A stretch of DNA of 52,069 bases from Hyphomicrobiales bacterium (GCA_031367295.1 JANLPP010000484.1:1-52069), one strand, 5' to 3'; positions 8,729 through 17,820 are shown, counted from the stretch's first letter. A program made the numbers and translations. Notes: generated by a model not told the origin, from the letters alone.

Positions 8729-8858
8729 GCAATATTGTGGACGGACCTGTTGAAGCCTGCGCGGGCGGGATGCGGTCAAAACTTGCCTCAACGCGCAGCC
8801 CGGCCTATTGACCCGTCTCCCGCATCCGCGGCCAGCCGCACAGAACGGATCAAGCCCC

Positions 8859-9350
8859 ATGGCCGCGCCAAAGCGTGCAACTGAACACGCGCCTCCCAGC
8901 GTCGCCCCGGCACGCTTCCTGATTGTTGAGGCACGCTTCTACGATGCCATCGGCGCCGAGCTGCTGGCGGGCGCGCAGGCTGCCTTTGCCGCGGCGGGCG
9001 CAAGCTGCGATGTCATCAGCGTGCCTGGCGCGCTGGAAATCCCTGCGGCCATTGTCATTGCGCTGGACGCGGCGGCGCGCGCGCGGCGGCCCTATCAGGG
9101 CGCGGTTGCGCTTGGCTGCGTTATCCGTGGCGAGACCTATCACTTTGAAATTGTGGCGGGCGAATCCTCGCGCGCCCTGATGGACATGTCGGTTGCGCGC
9201 GGCCTCGCGCTCGGCAACGGCATTCTCACGGTTGACAGCGAAGATCAGGCGCATGCGCGCTCCGCGCAAAATCGCGGTGACAAGGGCGGTGACGCTGCCC
9301 GCGCCGCGCTGGCGCTCCACAGCCTCAAATACAGATTGGGTTCCGCATAA
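8859..9350 (+). CDS. ribH: 6,7-dimethyl-8-ribityllumazine synthase
   Basis: [12 protein letters not shown]...[11 protein letters not shown]...[16 protein letters not shown] are typical lumazine synthase motifs. Start chosen at the internal ATG (codon 18 of ORF 8808..9350). Followed by nusB, as is usual. Confidence 0.9.
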   Translation: MAAPKRATEHAPPSVAPARFLIVEARFYDAIGAELLAGAQAAFAAAGASCDVISVPGALEIPAAIVIALDAAARARRPYQGAVALGCVIRGETYHFEIVAGESSRALMDMSVARGLALGNGILTVDSEDQAHARSAQNRGDKGGDAARAALALHSLKYRLGSA

Positions 9351-9814
9351 TGGCCGCCGCCAACCGCTCCGCCGCCCGTCTCAATGCCGTGCAGGCGCTC
9401 TACCAGATGGATGTTGCGGGCAAAGGCGTCAGCGAAGTCATTGCCGAGTTTGAGAGTCACTGGATTGGCCAGGAAATTGAGGGGGTTTCATACAATCCCG
9501 CCGAAGTCGCCTTTTTCAAAGACATCGTATCCGGCATGCTTGAGGACCAGCAGGCCATAGACACGCATGTTGACGCGGCGCTGACCGAAGGCTGGCCGCT
9601 GCGGCGCGTCGAGACTGTGGTGCGCGCCATTCTGCGCGCGGGTGCCTATGAGCTGCGCAAGCGCCGGGATGTGCCGGCGCGGGCGATTATTTCAGAATAT
9701 GTGGACATTGCCGCAGCCTTCTATGACCGCGACGAGTCAGGCCTGATCAACGCCGTGCTCGACTCGCTGGCCCGGGATTTCCGGCCCGGGGAGTTTCAGC
9801 CGAAGGCGGGGTGA
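9350..9814 (+). CDS. nusB: Transcription antitermination factor NusB
   Basis: 154 aa. ARLNAVQALYQMD opening and a conserved C-terminal region. TAATG overlap with ribH. Confidence 0.9.
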   Translation: MAAANRSAARLNAVQALYQMDVAGKGVSEVIAEFESHWIGQEIEGVSYNPAEVAFFKDIVSGMLEDQQAIDTHVDAALTEGWPLRRVETVVRAILRAGAYELRKRRDVPARAIISEYVDIAAAFYDRDESGLINAVLDSLARDFRPGEFQPKAG

Positions 9815-9838
9815 GGGGAGCAGGTTGATGTAACTCGG

Positions 9839-9949
9839 TCGTCTTGGCCAGGCTCGTCCCGGACATCCACGCGGTCTTGCCTCGTGCTTCTTGCCGACCC
9901 TTGCGCAGCGGCGCGGCGTGGATGGCCGGGACCAGCCCGGCCAAGACGA
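9839..9949. repeat. Inverted pair of a REP-like hairpin element (34-nt arms, 31/34 complementary)
   Basis: Left arm 9839-9872 (TCGTCTTGGCCAGGCTCGTCCCGGACATCCACGC) pairs with right arm 9916-9949 (GCGTGGATGGCCGGGACCAGCCCGGCCAAGACGA). Each arm also contains its own GGCCGGG/CCCGGCC mini-hairpin. A single copy of the core recurs at 38599-38624. Confidence 0.7.
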
Positions 9950-9994
9950 AGAGAGTGCGAAAACAAAATCGTTCCAAGCCCAGGAGAAGCAGCC

Positions 9995-10210
9995 GTGAAG
10001 CTGCATTACTACCCCGAGACAGACAGTCTCTCCATTGAGCTGAAAACTCAGCCCGGCGTCGAAACGCGCGAGATCGCCGACGGTCTCATTGCCGGTCTCG
10101 ACGCCGAAGGCAGCGTGGTGGGGCTGGACATTGACGGCGCATCGACGCGGCTGGATTTGACAACGCTCGAAACTGTGTCGCTGCCCTTCACCGCGACACG
10201 GGCCGCGTAA
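9995..10210 (+). CDS. DUF2283-family small protein
   Basis: GTG start with AGGAGAAG RBS. VKLHYYPETDSLSIELKTQPGVETREIADGLIAGLDAEGSVVGLDIDGAS matches the DUF2283 pattern (YD.e.D.lyI.l). The upstream 37 codons of ORF 9884..10210 are only a translation of the repeat element. Confidence 0.65.
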   Translation: MKLHYYPETDSLSIELKTQPGVETREIADGLIAGLDAEGSVVGLDIDGASTRLDLTTLETVSLPFTATRAA

Positions 10211-10213
10211 GCC

Positions 10214-12634
10214 TCACCCCCGCATCCGCGCGCCCTTGGGGTCGATCGCCGGCCCATCCATCCGCACGGCTTTGCGCCGCACGCCGAGAATCTCGATTTC
10301 AAAGTTCTGTTCGCCCGCCAGCTCTTTGGGCACATAACCCAGCGCCAGCGAGCGCCTGAAACTGTGGCCATAGCCGCCGGATGTCACCCAGCCGACGACC
10401 TTGCCCGCGTGCCAGACCGGCTCGTCGCCGATGGCGTCAGCGCCCTTCGCCTCGACGCCGAAGGTCAGCAGCCGCAGCGCGCCGCCGCTCGCCTTTTCGC
10501 GCAGCGCCGCCTCGCGGCCAATGAAATGACTCTTGCGGAAATCCACGAAGCGCGACAGACCCGCCTCCAGCGGCCCGTAAATCGGGCGATACTCGCGCGA
10601 CCATGACCCAAAGCTTTTTTCCAGCCTGAGCGAATTCAGCGCCCGCCCGCCAAACAGTTTTATGCCGTGCTTGCGGCCCGCCTGCATCAGCAGGTCGAAC
10701 AGCCCGCGCTGATAGTCGCCCGTCACCCACATCTCGTAGCCAAGCTCGCCGGTAAACGACACGCGCCCGACCAGCGCCGGGACCATGCCGATATCCATTT
10801 TGCGGAAGCTCATGAACGGGAAATGTTCGGTCGCAAGATCGTCGCGCACAAGGCCTTGCAGCAGGGCGCGGGCGTTTGGCCCGGCGATGGCAAGGCCGGT
10901 GTACTGCATCGCGCAGGGGCGGATATGGACACCGCTGGCCGGCATGTGCCGCTCAAACCAGCGCATGTAATAGTCCTCCGCCGCATAGGTGCCGACAAGG
11001 AAGAAGTTTTCCGGCGCGTGGCGGCAGACAGTAAAATCGCCGATCAGCTTGCCTTGTTCGTTGAGCATCGGCGTCAGCACCATGCGGCCGACCTCAGGCA
11101 CGCGGTTCGTCATCACATGGCCCAGAAACGCCGCCGCGCCAGGTCCGGTTACCTCAAACTTGCCGTAGTTGGACGTTTCGATCAGCCCGACCTTTTCCCG
11201 CACGGCCTTGCATTCGGCGGCGACAAATTTGTGCGAGGCGGCGCGGTGGAAGGTGAAGGCCTCCTCGGTGGTCTCGCCTTGCGGAGCAAAAAACAGCGCA
11301 TGCTCCAGCCCGCAGTAGTCGCCGAACGCCGCGTTGGCCTTTTGCAGCCGCTCGTAGACCGGCGTCGTGCGCAGGGGCCGCGCGGCGGGCAGCTCCTCGT
11401 TGGGGAAGCGGATACGGAAGCGGCGCGAATAATTTTCGCGCACTTTGGCATTGGTGTAGGCCATGGTTGCCCAATCGCCGTAGCGCGCCACATCCATGCC
11501 CCAGATGTCCGCGCCCGGATCACCGTGCACCATCCAGTTCGACAGGGCGAGGCCAACGCCGCCGCCCTGGCTGAAACCGGCCATGACGCCGCAGGCAACC
11601 CAGAAATTTCTGAGGCCGCGTATCGGACCAACAAGAGGATTTCCATCTGGCGCAAAAGTGAATGGCCCGTTGATGACCTTCTTGATCCCGGCCTTGCCGA
11701 TGTCGGGAAAATGCTTGAACCCCACAGCGAGGCTGGGAGCGATGCGCTCCAGATCATCGGGCAGCAGATTCTGTCCGAAATCCCAAGGCGTTTCACGCTC
11801 TGACCAGGGTTTGCCGCGCCGCTCATAGGTGCCGAGCAGCATGCCACCACGCTCCTGCCGCGTGTAGATTTCACCCTCGAAATCGATGGCGCCGCACAGC
11901 TCGGGCTGGCCGCGCAGCGCAGGCATGTCCCCGGTGATAAAATACTGGTGCTCCATGGCAAGCACAGGTAGTTCCAGCCCCGCCATGCGGCCCACCTCGC
12001 GCGCCCACAGGCCGCCGGCGTTGACAATGTGCTCGGCGTGAACCACGCCTTTTTCCGTCACCACATCCCACGAGCCATCGGCGTGCTGCGCAAGGCTGGT
12101 GACGCGTGTCTGACGATAGATTTCCGCCCCGCCGATCTGCGCCGATCTGGCGTAGGCATGCGTCACGCCATAGGGATCGACATGGCCTTCAATCGGGTCA
12201 TAAACCGCGCCGACAAACTTCTTCTTGTTGAGCAGCGGGAATTTTCGGTGCGCCTCATCAATGGAAATTTCGGTCAGGTCCATGCCCAGATAGCGCCCGC
12301 GCGCAATGGCCATGCGCAGCCAGTCCATCCGTTCAGGCGTGCCAGCCAGCAGCAGGCCGCCGGTGATATGCGTGCCGCAGGACTGGCCGGAGATCGCCTC
12401 AATCTCCTTGTAGAGATTGATGGTGTATTGCTGAAGTTTTGCGACATTCGGGTCGCCGTTGACAGTGTGCATGCCGCCCGCCGCATGCCATGTGGAGCCT
12501 GAGGTAAGCTCGGCCCGCTCCAGCAGCACCACATCGCGCCAGCCGAGTTTTGTCAGGTGATACAGTACGCTCGCGCCAACAACGCCGCCGCCGATGACGA
12601 CTACTTGTGCATGGGATTTCATCTGCGCGCTCAT
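10214..12634 (-). CDS. FAD-dependent dimethylglycine/sarcosine dehydrogenase-like oxidoreductase with C-terminal GcvT-type folate-binding domain
   Basis: 806 aa. VVVIGGGVVGASVLYHL dinucleotide fold. SGSTWHAAGG motif at the position of the flavinylated His in this family. C-terminal aminomethyltransferase-like region (FTGELGYE, GWVTSGGYG). Confidence 0.9.
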   Translation of the reverse strand: MSAQMKSHAQVVVIGGGVVGASVLYHLTKLGWRDVVLLERAELTSGSTWHAAGGMHTVNGDPNVAKLQQYTINLYKEIEAISGQSCGTHITGGLLLAGTPERMDWLRMAIARGRYLGMDLTEISIDEAHRKFPLLNKKKFVGAVYDPIEGHVDPYGVTHAYARSAQIGGAEIYRQTRVTSLAQHADGSWDVVTEKGVVHAEHIVNAGGLWAREVGRMAGLELPVLAMEHQYFITGDMPALRGQPELCGAIDFEGEIYTRQERGGMLLGTYERRGKPWSERETPWDFGQNLLPDDLERIAPSLAVGFKHFPDIGKAGIKKVINGPFTFAPDGNPLVGPIRGLRNFWVACGVMAGFSQGGGVGLALSNWMVHGDPGADIWGMDVARYGDWATMAYTNAKVRENYSRRFRIRFPNEELPAARPLRTTPVYERLQKANAAFGDYCGLEHALFFAPQGETTEEAFTFHRAASHKFVAAECKAVREKVGLIETSNYGKFEVTGPGAAAFLGHVMTNRVPEVGRMVLTPMLNEQGKLIGDFTVCRHAPENFFLVGTYAAEDYYMRWFERHMPASGVHIRPCAMQYTGLAIAGPNARALLQGLVRDDLATEHFPFMSFRKMDIGMVPALVGRVSFTGELGYEMWVTGDYQRGLFDLLMQAGRKHGIKLFGGRALNSLRLEKSFGSWSREYRPIYGPLEAGLSRFVDFRKSHFIGREAALREKASGGALRLLTFGVEAKGADAIGDEPVWHAGKVVGWVTSGGYGHSFRRSLALGYVPKELAGEQNFEIEILGVRRKAVRMDGPAIDPKGARMRG

Positions 12635-12635
12635 C

Positions 12636-14210
12636 TCAAAAATCCGTTTTCACGCCGCCCTGCGCCTTGCGCATGGCGACAAACTCCGCCAGCGCCTCAT
12701 AACGCTCCTGCTCCATCGGCGGCGCTTCAAAGCGCGCGAGGCGCTCCTTGTACAGGCGGTTTGCCGTGTCGTAGGCAGTTGGCGCGCCCGCATCCTGCCA
12801 GTTCTCGTAATTGCGCCAGTCGGAAATCATCGGCGCGAAAAACGCCGTGCGGTAGCGCGCCTGCGTATGGGCGCAGCCGAAATAATGCCCGCCGGGGCCA
12901 ACCTCGCGCATGGCGTCGAGCGCCAGTTCCTCGTCATCCACAAGGACGGGTTTGAGAAAATCGGCCACCATTGCCAGCAGATCGGCATCGAGCATCATTT
13001 TTTCGAATGAAGCGTGCAGCCCGCCCTCCATCCAGCCCGCGCCATGCATCAGCAGGTTGGCCCCGCCCATGATCGCGCCCCATAGCGAGAACACGCTTTC
13101 ATAAGCGGCCTGCGCGTCAAGCGTGTTGGCAGCGCAGGTGTTTGACGAGCGGTAGGGCAGGCCGTAGCGCCGCGCCAGCTGCCCGCCGATCAGCGCGGAC
13201 TTCATGTATTCGGGCGTGCCAAAGGCGGGCGCGCCGGATTTCATGTCAACATTGGAGGTGAAGCCGCCATAGACGAAGGGCGAGCCCGCGCGGACAGTCT
13301 GCGCGAGGCAGAGGCCCGCCAGCGCCTCGGCATTCTGCTGCGCCACCGCGCCCGCGATGGTCACCGGCGCCATGGCACCGGCCAGCGTGAAGGGCGTGAC
13401 GACAGTCACCTGATTGTGCCGCGCCATCTGGAGGATGCCCTCGGCCATCGGCCCATCAAGCCGCAGCGGCGAGGAGGTGTTGATGATGGTGAAAACCGAC
13501 GGCTCGCGATCCAGCGTCGCCGCGTCAATGCCGCGCGCGCGCTTGACCATTTCAAAGGCGTCGAGGTTGCGGTCACGCCCGAGGCTGTAGGCGTGGATCG
13601 GTTTGTCGGACAGGGTGAGCATGTCAAACAGCGCGTCGAGATGGCGGACGGAAGCGTGGATGTCGGCGGGTTCGACCGGGTAGCCGCCCCACAGATGCAC
13701 ACAGTCGATGGTCTGGCCGAGGCGGATGAAGTTTTTGAAGTCGGTGTGGTTGCCTGGGCGCCGCCCGCCGTCGCGGTCAGCGCTGTTGGGGGCGCTGGCG
13801 ACCGAGCAGAAAGCGGTGTGATCTTCGCCAATTGTCAGCGCCCGCGCGGGGTTGCGCGAATGCAGGGTGAAACTGCGCGGGGCCTTGCCGATTTGCGCCT
13901 CGATCAGCGCGGGGTCGAAGCGGACCCGCTGCGTACCGCTTTCCACATCCGCGCCGGCATCCTTGAGAATGGCGCGCGCTTCCTCATGCAGCACATCAAG
14001 GCCGATTTCCTGCAGCACGCGCAACGAGGCGCGGTGGATCGATTCGAGCTGGTCAGCCGAAACAGCGGGCACCGGCGGGTAGGGGTTGCGCGGCTGGGCA
14101 GCAGGCGGCTGCACGGCGCTGGACTGCGCGCGCTCCGCCTTGCGGCCGCCTTGCCGGCGGTGCTGGCGGGCCTCCGGGTGTGCGGGGGCGGCGGTTTCTG
14201 GCTTGGCCAT
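12636..14210 (-). CDS. MttB-superfamily (trimethylamine methyltransferase-like) protein, non-pyrrolysine type
   Basis: Start chosen at codon 49 of ORF 12636..14354 (ATG with AAGGA RBS). N-terminus has RRQGGRKAERA followed by LESIHRASLRVLQEIGLDV, typical of MttB homologues. The reading frame is uninterrupted, with no in-frame TAG. The stop lies 1 nt before the downstream start. Confidence 0.85.
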   Translation of the reverse strand: MAKPETAAPAHPEARQHRRQGGRKAERAQSSAVQPPAAQPRNPYPPVPAVSADQLESIHRASLRVLQEIGLDVLHEEARAILKDAGADVESGTQRVRFDPALIEAQIGKAPRSFTLHSRNPARALTIGEDHTAFCSVASAPNSADRDGGRRPGNHTDFKNFIRLGQTIDCVHLWGGYPVEPADIHASVRHLDALFDMLTLSDKPIHAYSLGRDRNLDAFEMVKRARGIDAATLDREPSVFTIINTSSPLRLDGPMAEGILQMARHNQVTVVTPFTLAGAMAPVTIAGAVAQQNAEALAGLCLAQTVRAGSPFVYGGFTSNVDMKSGAPAFGTPEYMKSALIGGQLARRYGLPYRSSNTCAANTLDAQAAYESVFSLWGAIMGGANLLMHGAGWMEGGLHASFEKMMLDADLLAMVADFLKPVLVDDEELALDAMREVGPGGHYFGCAHTQARYRTAFFAPMISDWRNYENWQDAGAPTAYDTANRLYKERLARFEAPPMEQERYEALAEFVAMRKAQGGVKTDF

Positions 14211-14409
14211 TCGGGGTCCTTGGCGGGTTTGCCTGCACTGTCTAGCAAACATCGGCGACAATAAATCATGTCTTTTTGGCATTGCCCCATCGCATTTCCC
14301 GCCGCTTGTTAGCCACCTGTTGACCAAGGCGGCAGACTGCCAGAGCGCGTTCACCGCTTGCGGGTGCGGCCTGTGCTATTTTACCAGGGCAATTTTTGGC
14401 GGGACGGTC

Positions 14410-15825
14410 ATGGGAAAAATTTTGCCGGTCATCATGTGCGGCGGCGCGGGCACACGGGTGTGGCCCGAGTCACGCGAAAGCCTGCCCAAGCAGTTCATTG
14501 CGCTGGTGGGCGAGCGCTCGACTTTCCAAAATCTGCTGGCCATTTTGCGGGATTCGGCAGCCTTTGACGCGCCCATCGTCATCACCAATCACGATTACCG
14601 CTTCCGCGTTGGCGAGCAGATGCAGGAAATGGCGGTCAGCGGCGAGATTGTGCTTGAACCGATGCGGCGGGATTCGGGACCCGCCGTTGCCGTGGCGGCA
14701 GAAATGGCCTTGCGCCGCGCGCCCGGCACGGTTGTCGCGGTGCTCGCCTCCGATCATGCAATAGCCAATCCGCAGGAATTTGCAGCAAAATGCATTGAGG
14801 CGGCGGCGGCGGCCCGGGCGGGCGCAATTGTCACGTTCGGCATCAAGCCCTCGCATCCGGCCACGGGTTACGGTTATATCCGGCCGGGTCACCCATTGGG
14901 CGGCATGTCCGATGTGCGCAAGATTGATGCGTTTGTGGAAAAACCCGGCGCGGAGCGTGCCCAAGCCTATCTTGCTGAAGGATATTTGTGGAATTCCGGC
15001 AATTTCTTCTTCCGCGCCGATGTCATGAAAAACGAGATCGCCAAATTTGAGCCGATGATGGCAAGCGCCGCGCAGGCGGCGGTTGAGGGTGCCCGGCGGG
15101 ATCTTGATTTTCTGCTGCTTGATGCCGGGGCCTTTGAAAAAGCGCCGAAAAAATCCATTGATTTCGCCGTGATGGAGCGCACCGGCGAGGCGGCGGTGCT
15201 TGCCGCTGACTTTGGCTGGTCGGATGTGGGCGACTGGGCGGCGGTGCATGACCTGTCACCGCGTGATCTTGATGGCAACAGCATCCGCGGCCACGGCGTG
15301 GTGATGGATAGCCACAACGTGCATATCCGCGCCGATGACCAGCTGACAGCTGTTGTCGGCCTCGACGATGTGGTGGTGGTCACCACGCAGGACGCTGTGC
15401 TTGTCGTGCACCGGTCGCAAACTGCAAGAGTCAAACAACTCGTTGAAAAACTGAAGAAACTTGGCCGGAAAGAAGCCACCGAGCACAAGCGCATGTACCG
15501 GCCATGGGGCTACTACCAGGCCATCGATTCAGGCGCGCGCTACCAGGTCAAGCGCATCGTCGTAAAACCGGGCGGCCGGCTGTCGCTGCAAAAGCATTTC
15601 CACCGCGCCGAGCACTGGGTGGTTGTGCGCGGCACGGCGGAGGTGACGCGCAACGCGGACGTGTTGCTGGTGCATGAGAACGAGTCCGTCTACCTGCCGA
15701 TCGGCTGCACCCACCGCATGGTCAACCCAGGCAAGATCAACCTTGAGCTGATCGAGGTGCAGGTCGGTTCGTATACGGGCGAGGACGACATCGTGCGCAT
15801 TGAGGATGTGTATAACCGCAGCTGA
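14410..15825 (+). CDS. manC: Bifunctional mannose-1-phosphate guanylyltransferase / mannose-6-phosphate isomerase (type II PMI-GMP)
   Basis: MGKILPVIMCGGAGTRVWPESRESLPKQF N-terminus. C-terminal cupin with RPWGYY...HFHRAEHWVVVRGTA...VYLPIGCTHR. The upstream part of ORF 14086..15825 is discarded. Confidence 0.9.
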   Translation: MGKILPVIMCGGAGTRVWPESRESLPKQFIALVGERSTFQNLLAILRDSAAFDAPIVITNHDYRFRVGEQMQEMAVSGEIVLEPMRRDSGPAVAVAAEMALRRAPGTVVAVLASDHAIANPQEFAAKCIEAAAAARAGAIVTFGIKPSHPATGYGYIRPGHPLGGMSDVRKIDAFVEKPGAERAQAYLAEGYLWNSGNFFFRADVMKNEIAKFEPMMASAAQAAVEGARRDLDFLLLDAGAFEKAPKKSIDFAVMERTGEAAVLAADFGWSDVGDWAAVHDLSPRDLDGNSIRGHGVVMDSHNVHIRADDQLTAVVGLDDVVVVTTQDAVLVVHRSQTARVKQLVEKLKKLGRKEATEHKRMYRPWGYYQAIDSGARYQVKRIVVKPGGRLSLQKHFHRAEHWVVVRGTAEVTRNADVLLVHENESVYLPIGCTHRMVNPGKINLELIEVQVGSYTGEDDIVRIEDVYNRS

Positions 15826-15945
15826 GCCGGCGTAGAGTTTTCTGACGGAGCGGCAACAGCGGATGTATCGCTCGAAAGCCGCTTCGCGGCGCTCGCAAGG
15901 ACGGGCAGGCCGACCCAAAACTCAGTCACTTTGGCCGCAGCGCCT

Positions 15946-17436
15946 CTACAGCGCGTTGCGGTATGCCTTGCGCGAAAACACCGTCAGAAACAGAATCCGC
16001 ATGTCCAGCCACAGCGACCAGTTGTCGATGTAATAAAGGTCGCAGGTGACGCGGTTGTGCATTTTGCCGACAGTGGAAGTTTCGCCGCGAAAACCGTTGA
16101 CCTGCGCCCAGCCGGTGATGCCGGGAATGACGTTGTGGCGGCGGGCGTAGAGGGCGATCTTGTTGTCGAACTGCTGGTCGTGGGCGAGAGCATGCGGGCG
16201 CGGGCCAACCAGCGACATGTTACCAAACAGCACGTTGATCAGCTGCGGCAATTCATCGAGGTTGAGGCGGCGCAGCCAGCGCCCGACGCGGGTGACGCGG
16301 GCATCGCCAGCTGTCGCCTGACGGAAGGCCGGGCTATTTTCCATCACGGACATGGAGCGGAACTTGAAAATGCGGAACGGCTCCTGGTTGAAGCCATAGC
16401 GCCGCTGCAGGAAGAAAACCGGACCGCGGCTTTCGAATTTGATCGCCAGCGCGATCAGCGCAAACACCGGTGCCAGCACCAGCAGGCCGAGCGCGGCAAG
16501 GGTGCAGTCGATCACCCGCTTCTGCAAAACCTCGATCATGGTGAGCGGCTTGCGCACGAGGTTGAGCGAGGACACCGGCCCCATGTGCGAGATATGCGCA
16601 TCGCTGAACCGGTCAAGCACCCGCTCGGGCCCCAGATGAATCGCGGCAGGCACGCGCAGGAACGCCTCCACCGCAGAATCAATGACCTCCTGCTGTGACC
16701 AGGGCGCGAGGATGAACACATCATCGGGCCGCAGCATGCGGGCCGAGGCGGCGGCCAGCGCAAGATCAGCTTTCAGGGTCTCGCGGCTGGCGCGCAGCGC
16801 GACGGCCGCCACCACCTGCACGCCCATTTCCCACGGGCGGTAGCGCGCCGAAAACGCCTGCACCTCATCCTCAAGGCCGACCAGAAAAATGCGCCGGGCC
16901 GAGACCGCGCCGCTCATCGAGCCTGCGCGCACGAGGCGGATGATGACAATGCGCACCAGGATCAAGGCGGCAAACCCGCAGAGGTAGAACGCCAGCACTG
17001 TGGCGCGCGAAAATATGGCGCTGGTCTTGGTCATGAAGCCCAGCGCCAGGGCGCTGAGGAAAGCGATGTTCCATTGCATGAACAAGCGGCCGAAGTGGCC
17101 CTGGAAACTGAGGTACTTTGACAGCTCATAGTCATCACGTGATATTTTGGGGACCAGCACCAGCAGGCCAATGATGAAGCCAACCTGCAGGAATGAGTCG
17201 ATCGGCTGAAACCCCTCATACCGCGCCAGATGATAGGCAAGTCCGGCACCAACCGATGTCGTGACAATCGCGCCGAGGTCCGCCAGCGCGGCGGCAAAAG
17301 CAAACAGGCCGCGCACCAGCGCCGTGTTGTGGCGCGGCATGGCTGCGGTCCAGGAAGATCGCATGCCCAGCGTAACCGGCGGCAGAACTCGTTTGACTCC
17401 GGCCTGTGCCGTCTCAACTCTACGCGCGTACGCCAT
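15946..17436 (-). CDS. Undecaprenyl-phosphate hexose-1-phosphate transferase (polyprenyl glycosylphosphotransferase, WbaP/ExoY-type with N-terminal TM domain)
   Basis: C-terminal sugar-transferase domain ([20 protein letters not shown]...[27 protein letters not shown]...[11 protein letters not shown]). Start is uncertain: candidates are 17436, 17364 and 17340. Confidence 0.85.
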   Translation of the reverse strand: MAYARRVETAQAGVKRVLPPVTLGMRSSWTAAMPRHNTALVRGLFAFAAALADLGAIVTTSVGAGLAYHLARYEGFQPIDSFLQVGFIIGLLVLVPKISRDDYELSKYLSFQGHFGRLFMQWNIAFLSALALGFMTKTSAIFSRATVLAFYLCGFAALILVRIVIIRLVRAGSMSGAVSARRIFLVGLEDEVQAFSARYRPWEMGVQVVAAVALRASRETLKADLALAAASARMLRPDDVFILAPWSQQEVIDSAVEAFLRVPAAIHLGPERVLDRFSDAHISHMGPVSSLNLVRKPLTMIEVLQKRVIDCTLAALGLLVLAPVFALIALAIKFESRGPVFFLQRRYGFNQEPFRIFKFRSMSVMENSPAFRQATAGDARVTRVGRWLRRLNLDELPQLINVLFGNMSLVGPRPHALAHDQQFDNKIALYARRHNVIPGITGWAQVNGFRGETSTVGKMHNRVTCDLYYIDNWSLWLDMRILFLTVFSRKAYRNAL

Positions 17437-17596
17437 GACATTGCGTCCCAAAATGAAACAATCCAGCCCATTAACGGAGCGCGGCCTGTGTTCCAAGCCC
17501 CGCATGCGGGAAATGTGGCAATTCGCGCGCCAGCGGGAAAGGTGCGATTCCGGGCAGCCCAGGCACCGCCGCGGCAGCGGCCGGTTATGCACTAAA

Positions 17597-17660
17597 ATGT
17601 CTCGTTAATTAAAAGTATTAATGTAATTCAGTAGTATGTATTAATAACTGACGAGCGTTT
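17597..17660. promoter_or_regulatory. AT-rich island in the divergent EPS promoter region, with GTATTAAT direct repeat
   Basis: TGTCTCGTTAATTAAAAGTATTAATGTAATTCAGTAGTATGTATTAATAACTGACGAG. GTATTAAT occurs twice, 23 bp apart (about 17614 and about 17637). The island is flanked by complementary CTCGT/ACGAG. It is conspicuously AT-rich against the GC-rich background. Confidence 0.35.
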
Positions 17661-17776
17661 TTGGCTTCGGCAGTCGCTCCGCGCCGTGGTGAACATTTCG
17701 TAACGAATTATGCTTAACCTGTTGCTTCAGCGCCCGTGCCACGCACGTGCCGATAAATATATACCCGGCGCAGCCA

Positions 17777-17788
17777 GCGAAATTTCGC
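17777..17788. promoter_or_regulatory. Perfect 12-bp palindrome GCGAAATTTCGC upstream of the ExoP-like gene
   Basis: Read directly from the sequence; it lies about 33 nt upstream of the GTG at 17821. Confidence 0.3.
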
Positions 17789-17820
17789 GCAGGCCGGGTT
17801 GAGGTCCGAAAGGCCGGTTC

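Noticed and set aside
8729-8858. Looked for an FMN (RFN) riboswitch upstream of ribH.
   Set aside because: The 130-nt region lacks the conserved RFN core segments and multi-stem architecture. Only one weak long-range 8-bp pairing is present.
10667-14264. Plus-strand ORFs 10667..11803 (378 aa) and 13416..14264 (282 aa) opposite the DMGDH-like and MttB-like genes.
   Set aside because: Shadow ORFs with low-complexity Arg/Ala/Gly/His composition. The opposite strand carries unambiguous enzyme motifs.
14086-14409. 108-codon N-terminal extension of the manC ORF.
   Set aside because: The extension is Cys/Arg/Ala-rich nonsense that overlaps the mttB start region. The conserved GMP N-terminus (MGKILPVIMCGGAGTR) begins at the ATG at 14410.
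17597-17660. CtrA-type TTAA-N7-TTAA box in the AT-rich EPS control region.
   Set aside because: Several TTAA and ATTAA motifs are present, but none fits the N7 spacing. I kept only the generic regulatory call.
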